NCBI GenBank assembly: GCA_036172245.1
Contig: JAYWIR010000004.1
Location: 4,092,001-4,156,000, forward strand
Source of the DNA: Raillietiella orientalis
Lineage: Eukaryota
Length of the DNA stretch: 64,000 nt
Direction: 5' to 3'
Part shown: positions 52,141 to 64,000 of the stretch, piece after piece
Numbering within the stretch: position 1 is the first letter of the stretch
Layout: each line of letters starts with the position of its first letter
The notes under the pieces: model-generated
The model's database searches: none
Seen by the model: the letters and a program-made list of their open reading frames with translations, nothing else
Told to the model about the DNA's origin: nothing
Made by a program: the position numbers and the translations under genes

Positions 52141-53408
52141 TCGGTAAAACTGGAATTGCTCTTTAGAAAGTTCTGGTGAAAGGGAGATTCAAAGCAAGGG
52201 AATGACGGGAAAAAAGTGAAAAGGCATTTTTTTTTCTATTGGTTTTTCAAACGCCTGCATACTTCTTTAACTTTATCGATTGCTGTGTAGCTGCTATTTC
52301 GTTCTCTTTTTCTGTGGAAGCAATCGTCGGAAAGGTGCAATGAAGGACGTGTGGAACCATATTGCTCAGAAATGGAAAGTGAAGAAATGAAATTCAGCGA
52401 CTGAGGTAGATTATCTGTGTTTAATGATTTGAGCGATCTTATACAATGTGCTTCTTGTAAATACTGCTACGTCAGTTAGCATACTCTTCACCATTCCTTA
52501 AAACGTGCAAGTCGTGAGCAAACGGCATTTCAGCAATGAAATCGCTTCAGCCGCACATGCGAGATAAAAACTTGAAATCATCTGCTAAATTATTTGCGGA
52601 ATTCGCTCTGATCTCAGGGCATTCCTCCTCTTTCTCACCCTAGTCATCCTTAAGAACTTGTTGCTGGCAAATTCATCACCGGGCTTTTCATTTCTGAAAT
52701 GCTTACGCGAGTCGGTTCTTCTGCTGCACTCGGATAGCTGCTGTGAATCAAATTTGGCTTAAATATGAGTACGACCAGTCCGCAAATAAAATAGCACTCA
52801 TTAAACCAGGATGGTATGCAATGCAGTACTTTAAACGAGGAGATCATGTATTTGATGAAGTTAACGAAGATCTAACTGAGGTTACAGCAAGTAGCAAAGA
52901 AAACTGTTATTGATCATAGAAGCTTGTGCACCGTTTCATTGCATTTTTCCATGTTTCAAGATTGTCTTTTTTTTTTTTTTGTTCATCACTGGATTTTTTA
53001 TTTCCAGAGTTCCAAGAGCAAAAGAAACCGAAAAGAAATATGAAGATATCTCATTCAAATTCCATAATTCCATTGCTATTTAACCTTTTTCTCCAAAAGC
53101 AAGGAGTTCTTTGTGCAGAATGCCAGGGCTCGGAAGGAACTGAAGAGTGCTTCACGTTGAAGAACAGCTTGGAGACCACCAAACAGGGAGAGAATAATGC
53201 GAATGTTTCTGTTTTTAATCGCATTGCCCAAAACAATTCTCTCTTAGAGTCTCCAAGATCAAAAAATCGTATGTGCTTAGAGTATTCTTTTGCTTGGATC
53301 ATGCATGTTTCTGAAACTCGGTTGCCATAGTGTTACAAACGTGCGCATAAAGAAAAAAAAGGAGAATGCAAGTGTGCTGAAATACTGACAAACACAAAAT
53401 ACATAAGA

Positions 53409-53452
53409 AATACGAATAAGCGCTTTTCCGAAGAAAAGCGTTTATTCGTATT
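53409..53452. repeat. 20-bp near-perfect inverted repeat with a 4-nt loop
   Basis: AATACGAATAAGCGCTTTTC-CGAA-GAAAAGCGTTTATTCGTATT (one G-T pair). Confidence 0.92.
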
Positions 53453-56098
53453 AAAGGAAGGATGTTCGGAAAGTAGGCCTTTAATACTTTCTGTCTGTAT
53501 TATCACTCGATAAACCTCCTTTCAGATAAAACAAAATACATGTACATTCTTTAGCAAGATTTCCCAATATAATATGATGCATTGATGTACACTGTGCCAC
53601 TTTTTTTGGTGGGCACTGCTTTCACGGTGAATACTCAATCCACTGCCTGCAACACATGGGAAAAACAAGACAGAATACTGCCTTCTGAGACAAAACTCCT
53701 TCCTACATTGTGGACTCCGAAGTCTTGACGCCAAGACCATTCCCATCTCTGCATCAATAACAAAGCATAAAAGCAAAGAACGAGAGATTTCACATTTCAG
53801 CCTGTTTTTTCCCTAATTGCTCTTCATTCTTTCTTGTCGTTCAAGCCTTTTATGATGCTTTTTTCTCCAGCAAACAATGATCCTTCTTCCTAATGGGATC
53901 CAGTCACAGCAACAGTCTTCACAGAAACTCCATTATGATGCTTTGATGGGTTTTTAAAAAATACTAAAGCAAAGACAAGTCCTGAGTCGAATAAAGATAA
54001 AAACTACAAGTGTATCAGTGGTGGAGCATTAATTGAACTAGAACCAAGATTAGCAGTGGCAGCTAAAACAGCATCCCCATCACAGGTTGCTAAGAATGCT
54101 GTAATTCGTCCTTGGCATAGGAGAGCCCTTCCTCATATGAAAAGCAGCGAACAAAGTTCAAGACGACTTCAAAAGAAATTCAAAACGATTAGCCAGCTGA
54201 TTTTAGCGTTATGAGAAAAGATAAGATTTGTAATTTCTCACATGAACAAGAATACAGAAATTCATCGTGGATGGCCAAGTCGTTATCGTGAGGGAAAAGC
54301 ACAAAGCTCATGCAACGCAGGAAGAAAACTGAAGGAAACCAAGGAAACGCAACTCCCGTATGTCAAGAAGCACATAAATGGATTTTATTGATGACGTTGG
54401 GATTTGCATGAGCGTACCAGGCTGCTGTCAATAATAACATTCGGTCGTAACAGGATGCATTTCAACTACGAGACCTGGAAACACGAGACGTCCTCTTCTA
54501 CAGATACGTCTTGCAGTGAGTTGTAGGTTATGTCACTCAAGAGTCTCTCACAAAAAACAGACTTTGTGCTGCGAACTGATATTCACAAGTTCCTCCTAAT
54601 AGAAGGACACGATAAGTCTTAGAAAAGTACAATTCGATGAGCAGCTACAAAGTCGCGCACGCTGAAGGCGGTGTGCAGCGAAGAAAGTGCATAGACAGAA
54701 TTCACTTTCTCTAGAAGAAGCAGGGTGCAGTCACAACGCCCGAGTAGTTACCTGAGGAATTTTGAAAGGGATGTGGTAGAGCTAGAGTGTCTCTACCTGA
54801 TACCCACAGTCTCAGAAGTACTTAGCAACAAGTGAAACAGGGTTTTCTTCCTGTTTTTTTCCGTTCGTCGCCAACGCTATTTTTTTTGCCATGCTCAACC
54901 TGGAGGACTTGTTCATAGAAACGAGAGAGTAAAGGGTCGCATGCCTTATGATTCTTAGCGTCTGTCTGCATCCAGAAACGTGGCATCAAAGGCTTGGCAG
55001 GGATCCTTTCGAATTTCCGACTTCCTGCACCTCGAAGGCTGAAATCGCCTTGAGTAAGGCGATTTTTGTTACGTCATTTGCTTCGTTCCCCGGCATTTCG
55101 CCTCTTCGAGATATTCAATTTTCTGCTAAATTTCGAGGAAGAGACAATTTCAGACTGCAGTTTGGATTGGAACTTGGGTTTCTCTTGAAGCGTACCGCTG
55201 TCCACATTCTCGGATGTTTGACTCATGTTCCTTTTGCTTGTGCACCCTTCGTTTCGTATCTCTTGCTACGTGCAGCTTCACACTTCACCCACGATCACGA
55301 GTTCGTTCCCGTGGAGTTTATAGTAGACCTTGAAGTCCGCGAGATGGCTCTGCTAAGCAATCGAAGAATCTGCCTGTAGAGGAGCTATTTGGTTGCCACA
55401 GGACCCTAAATCATAGGACAGAATTCCCTAAGTACAGAATCTTTCAAGGTGGGAGAATTTTCAGGAAACCAATACGGGCAAGGAAAGTGCGAGGTGTTGA
55501 ACAGCTTACCAGTGGATGGTGTACTACTCCCAGCATTAGGGGCGCCTCATGTGGACCGGCCCTCGAACTGGCCAAGGATGCACTGCCAGGATCACTGCCC
55601 ACGCGGGAGTTTTTGTCAGTTTCGCTGACCGCATCGAAAAGCGTTGTTTGCTAATTGTCATCTCACCATTCCTCGGAATTGTGAGATGGCGAACACGCGC
55701 ATGGCGATGTACCGTTGCCCATAGGGATGAGTAGCGTTTATACGCAATCGCTTGTTGCGGCACTCCATTTGAGCCGCTCTGTTGCTCAGGCAGGAGGAGA
55801 CTTTCCGCCCCCAAACCTGCGAGACACCCCATGCCAGAGCCCACTGGCATCACATGGAAGCCAAGCTTTCCAGAGGAGGCGTCGGTGATCCCTGGTCACA
55901 AATTCTGGCAAGCACGTGCTTCTATTCACCTGCTCATGCACCCTTAACTGATCTCTCTGTGAGTTCTTGATGACCGTGCGCGCTCGAGTGTTTTACCTGA
56001 GCACACTGACAACGTCCCCTTGCTAGGCGATAACGGATGGAACAATTAAATAGAGGAAAAATCAAAGTACAGAGGTCAAATTCCGTGTCCTATTTTCT

Positions 56099-56794
56099 AT
56101 GAAAGCGTTTGTGGCTTTCTGAGGTTCCTCGTCGTTGACTCTTCTGTTGGCTTCCGCAGAAATGTCGATTCAGTTAAACATGCGGCCTAAAGCAAGACAA
56201 TCCAATGTCTTGATCTTGTGAGTGCAAGGCATTGAAAGAATTCTAAGGGAAATCGTGTTGGCAGATGATTCACTAAACTCTTTTCCAGATGTGCTCCGCG
56301 ATGCGAAGTCGCCATTAAGACGGGTAAAGAGGTTTAAGGCAGATGCAAATTTCCTGACTGCGGTCTTAACGTTCTTCACTCCGAATATTTTCACTGCAGC
56401 AAACCCCGGCGTTCAAGCCCTGAACGCGCTTGCCGATCCATTTGGTTCTTTCCTGCAGACAGGAAGTTTCGGAAGAAATGTTGCGCTTGGAGTTTACTAC
56501 GCCCTCAGATTCGGAGCTTCAGTTCTTCGATACGCTTTCAACATAGGAGCAGCCATTTTCACTATCGTAGCATACATTCTCAGTTTCTTATTTGGTTTCT
56601 GGATTCAGGTTCTCTACCTGCTGAGCAAATTAGCTGCGCTTCCTTCCAAGGTGATTATTGCCTCTCTAATTTCGGGAAGAAGAAGGATCGAGAGTGTTTC
56701 CAATACGTTGGAATCCGTATACAATGTTCACAGATTCTTCAGTGGAATCGTAGAGAGAATTCTGAAACCTCGGCGGGCTCGAATGCGTCATTAA
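56099..56794 (+). CDS. Unknown secreted or membrane precursor-like protein; 3' part intact, 5' part interrupted
   Basis: Frame 56222-56794 is open and has a furin-like RRVKR, amphipathic and hydrophobic helices, and GRRR. The same frame from ATG 56099 gives a signal-peptide-like MKAFVAF*GSSSLTLLLASA with TGA at 56120 and 56219. Confidence 0.45.
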
Positions 56795-57652
56795 ATCAGA
56801 AATCGATCCTCGTGCCTATCACACGGGCCAAGCCGATATCGATGGTCGAGAAAGCACGTTGAAGGTTTCATGCATGGAAGATTGAAAGATCACTTTCATC
56901 GTGATCCAGTTGTACTTTTGAAGCCCATCACGGATATGGATTCTAGATGAAAACGGGGAGGATGTTGCGTCATATTATTCCTCATCCAGTTTGGGATGAA
57001 AGAAAAATGGATGACTGCCTAAGATTCAACGGGAAAATATCTGTACTCTCAGGCATTCTCATTCCACCATGCATCCACGATTCTCTTATCGCACATTTAA
57101 TAACTGGTACTCAACTGGGCAATAAATAATCGATTGCGACGAAGTATTTTTAATAGCTGGAAAATTCCCCACAACATTTTGTTTGATTCCTTCAAGTATT
57201 CCTGGAAGCATTCAGGTCTGTGTTCCATGAAGCGAAGTATGAACTGTTTAATTAAATAAAGACAGGACTTTTTTGCCGTTTGTCCTGACCAAATCCTTAT
57301 TTATTTATTAATTAACGACTCAGAATTCAGTCTAGAGGTGCAATCAGTTAAGCATCTTGTTGGGTCAGTCTGTTTTAGCCGAGCAGTTATTGTACATAAT
57401 GGCTGTCTTCTTTTCGTACAGCCTCCTGTATACTTACAGCATATTTTCATTGCACCCCAAAGCTCTTACTACCATTTTCTTTATTCTGTGCCCCCCCTTC
57501 CCCTCTCCTCCAATTTTCCAGATTTTCCTTTCTAGCATTTTAAAAATATGCTTCTCTTAAAAGATTCCGTATTTACCTATTGATTACGTATCCAGGGCAG
57601 CAGCAGATAGGAAAAGTGCTTTGGACAGCAATGTTGCTTAGAGAGCCGTAAT

Positions 57653-57889
57653 GAGCTTAGTCCTACTCTGCCTGGAGAAGCATTTCGTGAAGAGTCTCCA
57701 CTTAGTACAAAAACAGACTTGCTGCAAAAAATTGGGAAGATTGAGAGAGACATCGCTATGGCAGAGTCCCAAATCAGTAATTGCAAGAAGAAACACCAGG
57801 AGCTGGCAGCCTCAAAACCTCTGCAGTGCAATGAGCTGTCAGAAGAGTCAAAAGCCTGCTGCATAAGCCAAAGGACTAGTCCTCGATGA
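57653..57889 (+). pseudogene. Orphan fragment of nuclear receptor corepressor (NCoR/SMRTER), GPS2-interacting coiled coil
   Basis: ELSPTLPGEAFREESPLSTKTDLLQKIGKIERDIAMAESQISNCKKKHQELAASKP matches the recalled NCoR motif ISPT...TKDELLQQIxKVDREIAxAESQIxxLKKKQQEL. It ends in a stop, and no SANT exons were seen nearby. Confidence 0.75.
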
Positions 57890-60800
57890 AACCAGTGATT
57901 AAATTTAGTTTTCTATTTATCGATTGGTGTCAGTAGAAACTGGCATCCCTGTAACAATCCAACCTCTCCGAACACTTAGTGAACTCGCGTATGAATACGA
58001 AAAAATATGATTACACTATTCAGGAAAAGAGAAACAAAACAGGTCTGCTTCGCTGACTGAACCAGTCACTTTTTGACGAGGCGATCTGATCATTTCATGC
58101 TGATGGGATACTTTGATGTGGCTGCGCTTTGCTAAGCCAAGAAGAGTATTTAGTCTTGGAATTCGGAATTTGAGTCCGTGAGGTATGCTATGCTGGGAAT
58201 GCAGCCCAGTGCTTCCCTGGCACGTAGATTCCGAAGCGAAAGTTCTGGGGTGTCACTCTTTCGTGTGATGCGTCCTCCCCGAGACGCGGTTCGTTCTCTT
58301 GAAGACCACAGTGGAGATTTTTGCGACAAGCATTCATGGATAATCGTTTACCGCCCAACTAATGTATCTAGGCGTGAAATGCAAGAGTCTGTAGATGGAT
58401 CCAAGAGTCCATTACCATGGTATCGTATTTTACAGGCAAAGTTGCGAACAGAGTTGCTTAAAAGTGTCCGTGATTTTGGGGCTTTGATGAATCCCCATCA
58501 AGCACTGACCAAGTCCATTTCGACCCAAGGAGTCCAACGGTGCTGATTTTTCGTTATTACAATCTATTGAAATATAGGCTGCGTCGCTGCAAGTCTTCTC
58601 TGTTCCACCGAACTTTGTGTCTTACGGAGTCAGCTTTCAGGAGTGCAGCTGAACTGGTCGCTGCTGTGACAAAGTCACGAATGGTTTTTCCGAAAAATTT
58701 CCCAACGAAAAACGGACTGTTCCCTGAATTATAAACTAGAAAACAAGTAGTATTTTATTTAGAAACAATCGTTTCCTTGTTGCTTCACCCCTTATTCTTA
58801 TGTCAGTAATGCAAAAATATATCTGACTGCTGGATTTCTTCACTGCCTAGAACACTTCATCAAGCAACTGTGGTCTTAAATGCCTTTTGTGAATACAGGA
58901 GTAGCTCAACGCTCTGAGAAAGGCTATGTACACAGCTATTAAAGAGGGCATGAATTTTTACTCTTCATTGTATGGCAGACAACAGTTACTGTACAAACAC
59001 ATTTGAATTCGAAAAGCAGAGCAGGTTATAAAAGCGTATGTAATCACTCTGATTATCCAAATCATCACCCTGACCTTCCTCCACCGTGTTGTCTGCAAAC
59101 AGTAGCTCGTCGAATTTCCTTGATCTCATGCGTTGAGAAGTTGCGTAGAGAAGTTTCTCGACATTGAGGTTTTTGAATTCGGAGGTTTGGAGAATTTTGG
59201 TGACTCACGGTGAACGTGTGTTTCCGATCCATTCTGCTTACAGGAAGAGAACGTATGCTCCTACATTCTCCTCCTGGAAGGTTTAGAAAGTCTTTGCACG
59301 ATAGATTACTGCAATCAGTTTCCATCATTTTTGAGAAGTTCTAAAAAAAGCGATCCCCATCTTCTGTTCTGTTTTTGTTTTTGCTTTTTCTGATCCATGA
59401 CAACTCTGCTTAGGTTTACCAGATCAGTGTTATGAATTGTAGTTAGAGCAATCTTTCTACCTTCCTTCACCCATCCCGTCTATAGCAGTGACCACGTGCT
59501 TAGTTCTCGTCCTTATTAAAACTGTCTTCGCGGGTAATCTAGTGCATCCACATTTCGTAGGTCTCTCAAATAATCTTGAATCTGACTTCCCTTTATGGAC
59601 ATGACATGATAAGACATTGCGGACCATTACCAAGTACCACAGAACCACATGTTCTACCTAATAACCAAAACTAGAGACTGCGAGCCACTGTTCTCATGCT
59701 TAAGATATTCGTTGTCTAGGCACTCTTTTTCATTTTCCATGGTGTTTCAGGTGATTTTTGAGTTCCGTACATCATTTAGATGGCATATTCATGGAAACGC
59801 ATCAGAGGCATTGTACATGGGCAGTATATACCTTCTTAACACTTGTAGTTCCTATTCAGGAGTCATTAATAGTAACAAAATTGTCATGAGCATGACACGG
59901 AGGGCAATCTCAGCGCCTGATAGAATAGTCCCTCCGAAGCACCTTGTGAAAATGTTCTCAGGTTCCACCATGTGTTTGCATCGGAGGATTGGCTGGGAAG
60001 GGAGTGGCAAAAACCACTGTTTAGTAAACAAGCTCCAACGAGCGCATACTGGTCAATCAATTAACATTATCCTAACATTACGCCGCGACAGGTGTGCACC
60101 ATTTCGTCCCGTCGAGTTCCCAATAACCGAGACGAGTCTTCTGTGCTCAGCTATGAAATTGGGTCGCGATTTCTTTCTTTTTTCTCCCCCAATACACCGG
60201 AATACCGATATTCCCCAAACAGGAAAGAGAACTGAATTCCCGGTAGCTATCTCTCGAAGAGATTCTGGTGGGTTTGAAATCTGGAACACTTACGAATAGA
60301 AGCGGTACTTCTGATCAGGGCTAGAATAAGAAACTTTAGCATTTGGTCTTCGTACCATCTACAATTCCAACTTGAAAGAAGACGGTGCTTATTACAATTA
60401 CTGAGATGAGGTAGGGAACAAAAAAAGACTCGTGGAGTATTTTCGGAATTGGTTGTTTCCAGATTGTAAAACAGATAATAGAAGCGAATGCTGTGTTGGA
60501 CTGCATCCGCTCCTTTGTAACGTACGTATTCTTGTTATTCCCCTCTACGCTGGGAATAACAAGAATCACCTTATTCCATGCTCACTTGGTTAAGGTACAG
60601 CAGCTACATTACCTTTGTCAGCTTCTGAGGTGCACAGAGTCGAGTTTGCATGGCTTTCACTGAATGATTATTATAAGAAGGAAACAAAAAAGTGAGAATC
60701 CGTCCTTATTCTGAAGAGTGGAATGCTATACCATCTTCCGTTTCATCTATCTATGGTGTCGCTCCAACCGAGTGAGCTGTTTCCGAGAATCAGTATTCTC

Positions 60801-62099
60801 AGGACTCAATGGATTACTGATTTTTGTCTTCCCAGAACAGAATCCTGGATTCTCCACCACATGGAAAGTCCCCACAGTAGCTCAAGCTTGAATGCCACCC
60901 ATGGTGCAATAAAAGTCTCTTCATAGGCCGACCCTGCATGAGCAACTTGCCTCGCACTATCCTTCCTCGACTACTGGTGAGCCTATCATCCGTAGAGGGA
61001 AATATAAATTCCTAGATTTCTCCAAGAGGAGGAGGGGGTAGGTGATGGGGACAAGTTACTACATAGCCGTGCATTACACCTGTAGCAAATCCAAGACCAG
61101 CCGTCTCTTGGTATTTCAGCTGTATACCATCTGCCTACGCTGAATATGATGATCTTTTCCTCATACTGCGAGAGTGGCTAAATGCTTCTTGTGCTTTTGA
61201 AAGCCAAGCTGAAGGTCTTCTTCAGCTGTAAAGTCACAGAGATCCGCTTCCACGTTGTTGCATTCATTGCCCTGACGGGCGGTCATTCAGTCTTCCGTCT
61301 TTCGGGTTTATCTCGATTTTTTAGAACAGGAAAAAACCACATAGAGAGACCTCAGATAAACATGCGGCGTGTGATCACTTGCTGTATGATACATGGAGAT
61401 CCTTTTCCCATAAAGAGACCCCTGAATAGAGGAAAGAAGGAATGTTGGAAGGGGATTTTTTTTTTTCATTGCGCAGAAACCACTGACCACTTTTGGATGA
61501 CATCTGCAAATTTCCACGAGCTCCTTGCCATCCGCTGTTGGCCTCTCTGAACACCCACGATAGATAAAGCCTCTCACAGAAAAGCCGGAGGATCCTTTAG
61601 TCACTTCTCGCACGTTGCCAAACCCATTCTCAAGTCAGCAATAGCTAGAAGCATTGATACCTCGACTCATCAACTCTAGATAAGGCTGTGATCTCATCGT
61701 GCGCGATGTAGCATTTCTTCACTTACCACATGAACATCAGATTCCTTGATACTCATCATCATCTAAAATCTGTGCTTTGAAAGGAACATTTTATTTAAAA
61801 GGTGCTTCCGATGCTTCCGATTTATTGAGCCCTGACAACAATATTACTCCAACCTCAATTGGCTGATGAATAATTCGAAAAATGAACCGAACTCATCATT
61901 GGATCTCCCCGTTAGATCAACCGTCCAGAGTGAGATTTCAAAACCAAGGACCGCTGACCATGAGCAAACGTTGCTCAGATGCACTCCGTTTTATCGACTG
62001 AGATCGGTCTCCTCCTTCACAGACCCCTCACACCTTATCCAGTCATCGAGTTAAAATAGGTCCAAGGGTGTGCGCTTCCATGTAGGAGGAGGCCGTCTG

Positions 62100-63870
62100 A
62101 GGAAATTACGCCATCATCATCCAGAGCAGGGATGAGTTTTCAGGAGTTTCCGTCTGAAAGCAGAATCGACGTCTCGGAGCTTCGCGCAAGTGCTTCTGGC
62201 AGAGGACCGCCGACCTGGACGACGGAGACTCGTCCCGCTTCTGGCAGGAATGCACGTCCTTCGGGAAAGCATCACATGGAATGCCTGTCTTCGCATAGAT
62301 GCCATTCTTTTTCCTTTCGAGACTGAGGCGTGCAGCGTGAAGCTCTGTGATGACCCAGAACAGCAAGGTCCAGGATTCTCCTCAAGGACTTAGTGGTGCC
62401 GCGTACTCAGGGTTGTGGACTCGACTTTCTGACTCCGAATAAGGTGGAGCTGCGAGTGCGGTTCAGGGCCGTCTGATTCAAGTTGTGGATCACCTCGTGG
62501 TATGCTCCTGCACATCTCATCCTGCAGTGAAGTTGGGTTTTGCGCCGAGGAGCAGGAGGCACGCCTCTCCCGTCTTTCTCAGTCTCCCAGCCGCGCGAAG
62601 GGGCAGAGGGCAACGACGAGATCCTCCCTTGAACTGGAAGAGACCACTTGGTTCCCACCGGACCGCTACAAGCAATGACCAGGACAAGCAAACCGAGGTC
62701 TCCCACCGATAACGCGGATCGAGGTCTTCCCTACGATAGCAAAGCCCCGTCCTGCTTGTCCCTTGACCCCTTCCGGTGCTGCGCCACCCCCAAAAGCATG
62801 AGGAAGGATGCGGATATCTCCTGAGGAGAAGAACCTCAATGCTGAAGCGATGGCGCCGGATCGCCTGCCGTCCCAGGAACTGCAGCACCTGGAGGAAGGA
62901 GACCGTGAAAACCTCGGTGTCTACTTTCCAAGCGCCCCTAGAACTTTGCTTTCTGGAGAAGCTGAGCGGCGCCCCTTTGAAAGTGTTTCCACAGGATTCC
63001 AGGAAGTGGTCCAGACTGGCCACTTCATCCTATGCTGCAGCACTGTCCGCCCTAAGGGCAAGCAACTACAGTTGTCGACCGGCGGGGTGGAAGTTCTCCT
63101 GCACCACTGCAAGGGTGTCCAGACTCTTTGACGGCTGCAAGACAAGCGAGCTGGTGGATGTCGCCACCTCATTGTGTCGGGTCAAGGGACTGCTTCAGCA
63201 GGGAGAACTCCTGCGTATGCTCTCTGAAAAACTGGAGGTGCCTTCCCTGTGCGTGTACGCTTCGGTTCTGCCCACCAGATGGAGACACGAGGTAGTGTTG
63301 CTCTTCTTGCGCCGGGGTTTCCGGTGCAAAGAGGGCCTTGTAGGAACTGGGATACTGCGTCCCAAAACTGTTCCAGGCTGCGGGACGGTTGAATCAGTTT
63401 CACACCTGCTGTCGGAACGCGGTGCCCTTGGACGACTGTGTGCGGAGGCTGGCTTCTGCGCCCGGAGGGCAGCGCGAGAGATTTTCCACGGCGCAGCGAT
63501 GGAATTGTGTACGGCCCGCGTCGCCCGGCTTGCAGCCACCTTCATGGGAACTGCAGCCAGGTGGCCCCCGTTTGCAGAAAGGCAGTCGCCAGGGAGATTC
63601 ACCTGCATTCTGCTCCCGTACCAGGAAGGGAAGAGGAAGCGCTCTCGACCTTCATGGAAGCGCTCTCGACTCTTACTTTCCCTTTCTTACTTATTCATTT
63701 CCTGTTCCCTTCCCTTCCTTTCCGAACTTCCTCTGTAATCGACCTGCGTGTCGGTGACCCCTCCCCCCAACTTTTGCTCGTTTCCCTTGAGAACTCTTTT
63801 CCCAGTTGTTTGTATGCTTTTTTATTTGTTTTTTTTTCGGGAAATGAACACTCCCGGCGGGACCGGACGA
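62100..63870 (+). mobile_element. Degenerate L1/Tx1-type non-LTR retrotransposon, 3' half of ORF2 and 3' UTR
   Basis: Remnant motifs in L1-like order: LNWKRPLGS, HPQKHEEGCG (resembles PKxEGGLG), SVLPTRWRHEVVLLFL, PGCGTVESVSHLLSE (zf-RVT-like). Paralogous to 37900-39320. Confidence 0.65.
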
Positions 63871-64000
63871 AAGGAGGCCGCGGTCCGAGAGGAAGACGCA
63901 TCGGAGAAGACGGGGGAGCATCTTCCAGTCACTGTCGCTCGCTCTCTACAAGGTCTCGCTGGGGGGCAACGGTTACCGGATATCACCTGCAGCATCTTTA

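Noticed and set aside
53100..53150. FFVQNARAR resembling homeodomain helix 3
   Set aside because: Lacks the WF core and helices 1-2.
58178..58734. LKSVRDFGALMN resembling the KDLGV motif of CR1/L2 reverse transcriptase
   Set aside because: One weak motif; no YADD or LEYxxxVW recognised.
1..64000. Stop-codon reassignment as an explanation for the many interrupted frames; CRISPR arrays or prokaryotic operons
   Set aside because: Intact genes end in TGA or TAA, and the interruptions include TAG, TGA and frameshifts. No repeat-spacer arrays were seen, and the genes have spliceosomal introns.

Overview
Eukaryotic nuclear DNA, most likely from an invertebrate (probably an arthropod) with very small introns (about 37-65 nt). 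Three genes look intact, all on +: a 10-exon DUF389-family membrane protein (20636-24769), a 10-exon alanine aminotransferase (44207-46244), and a single-exon TMEM70/186/223-like ORF starting only about 100 nt after the aminotransferase stop, which suggests a possible bicistronic or operon-like pair. Most of the rest is debris: a frameshifted mitochondrial cox2 insertion (NUMT), a short U2 snRNA copy with a 10-bp target-site duplication, orphan fragments of SLC25A23/24/25 (SCaMC) and NCoR/SMRTER, two related L1/Tx1-type retrotransposon remnants, an AT-rich element with TIR-like subrepeats, and several long, intron-containing but heavily decayed minus-strand genes. The most striking structure is a 1272-bp GC-rich segment present twice, about 99% identical and inverted (6990-8261 and 36288-37559), bracketing 28 kb. 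All homology calls come from recognising motifs by eye; no searches were run.
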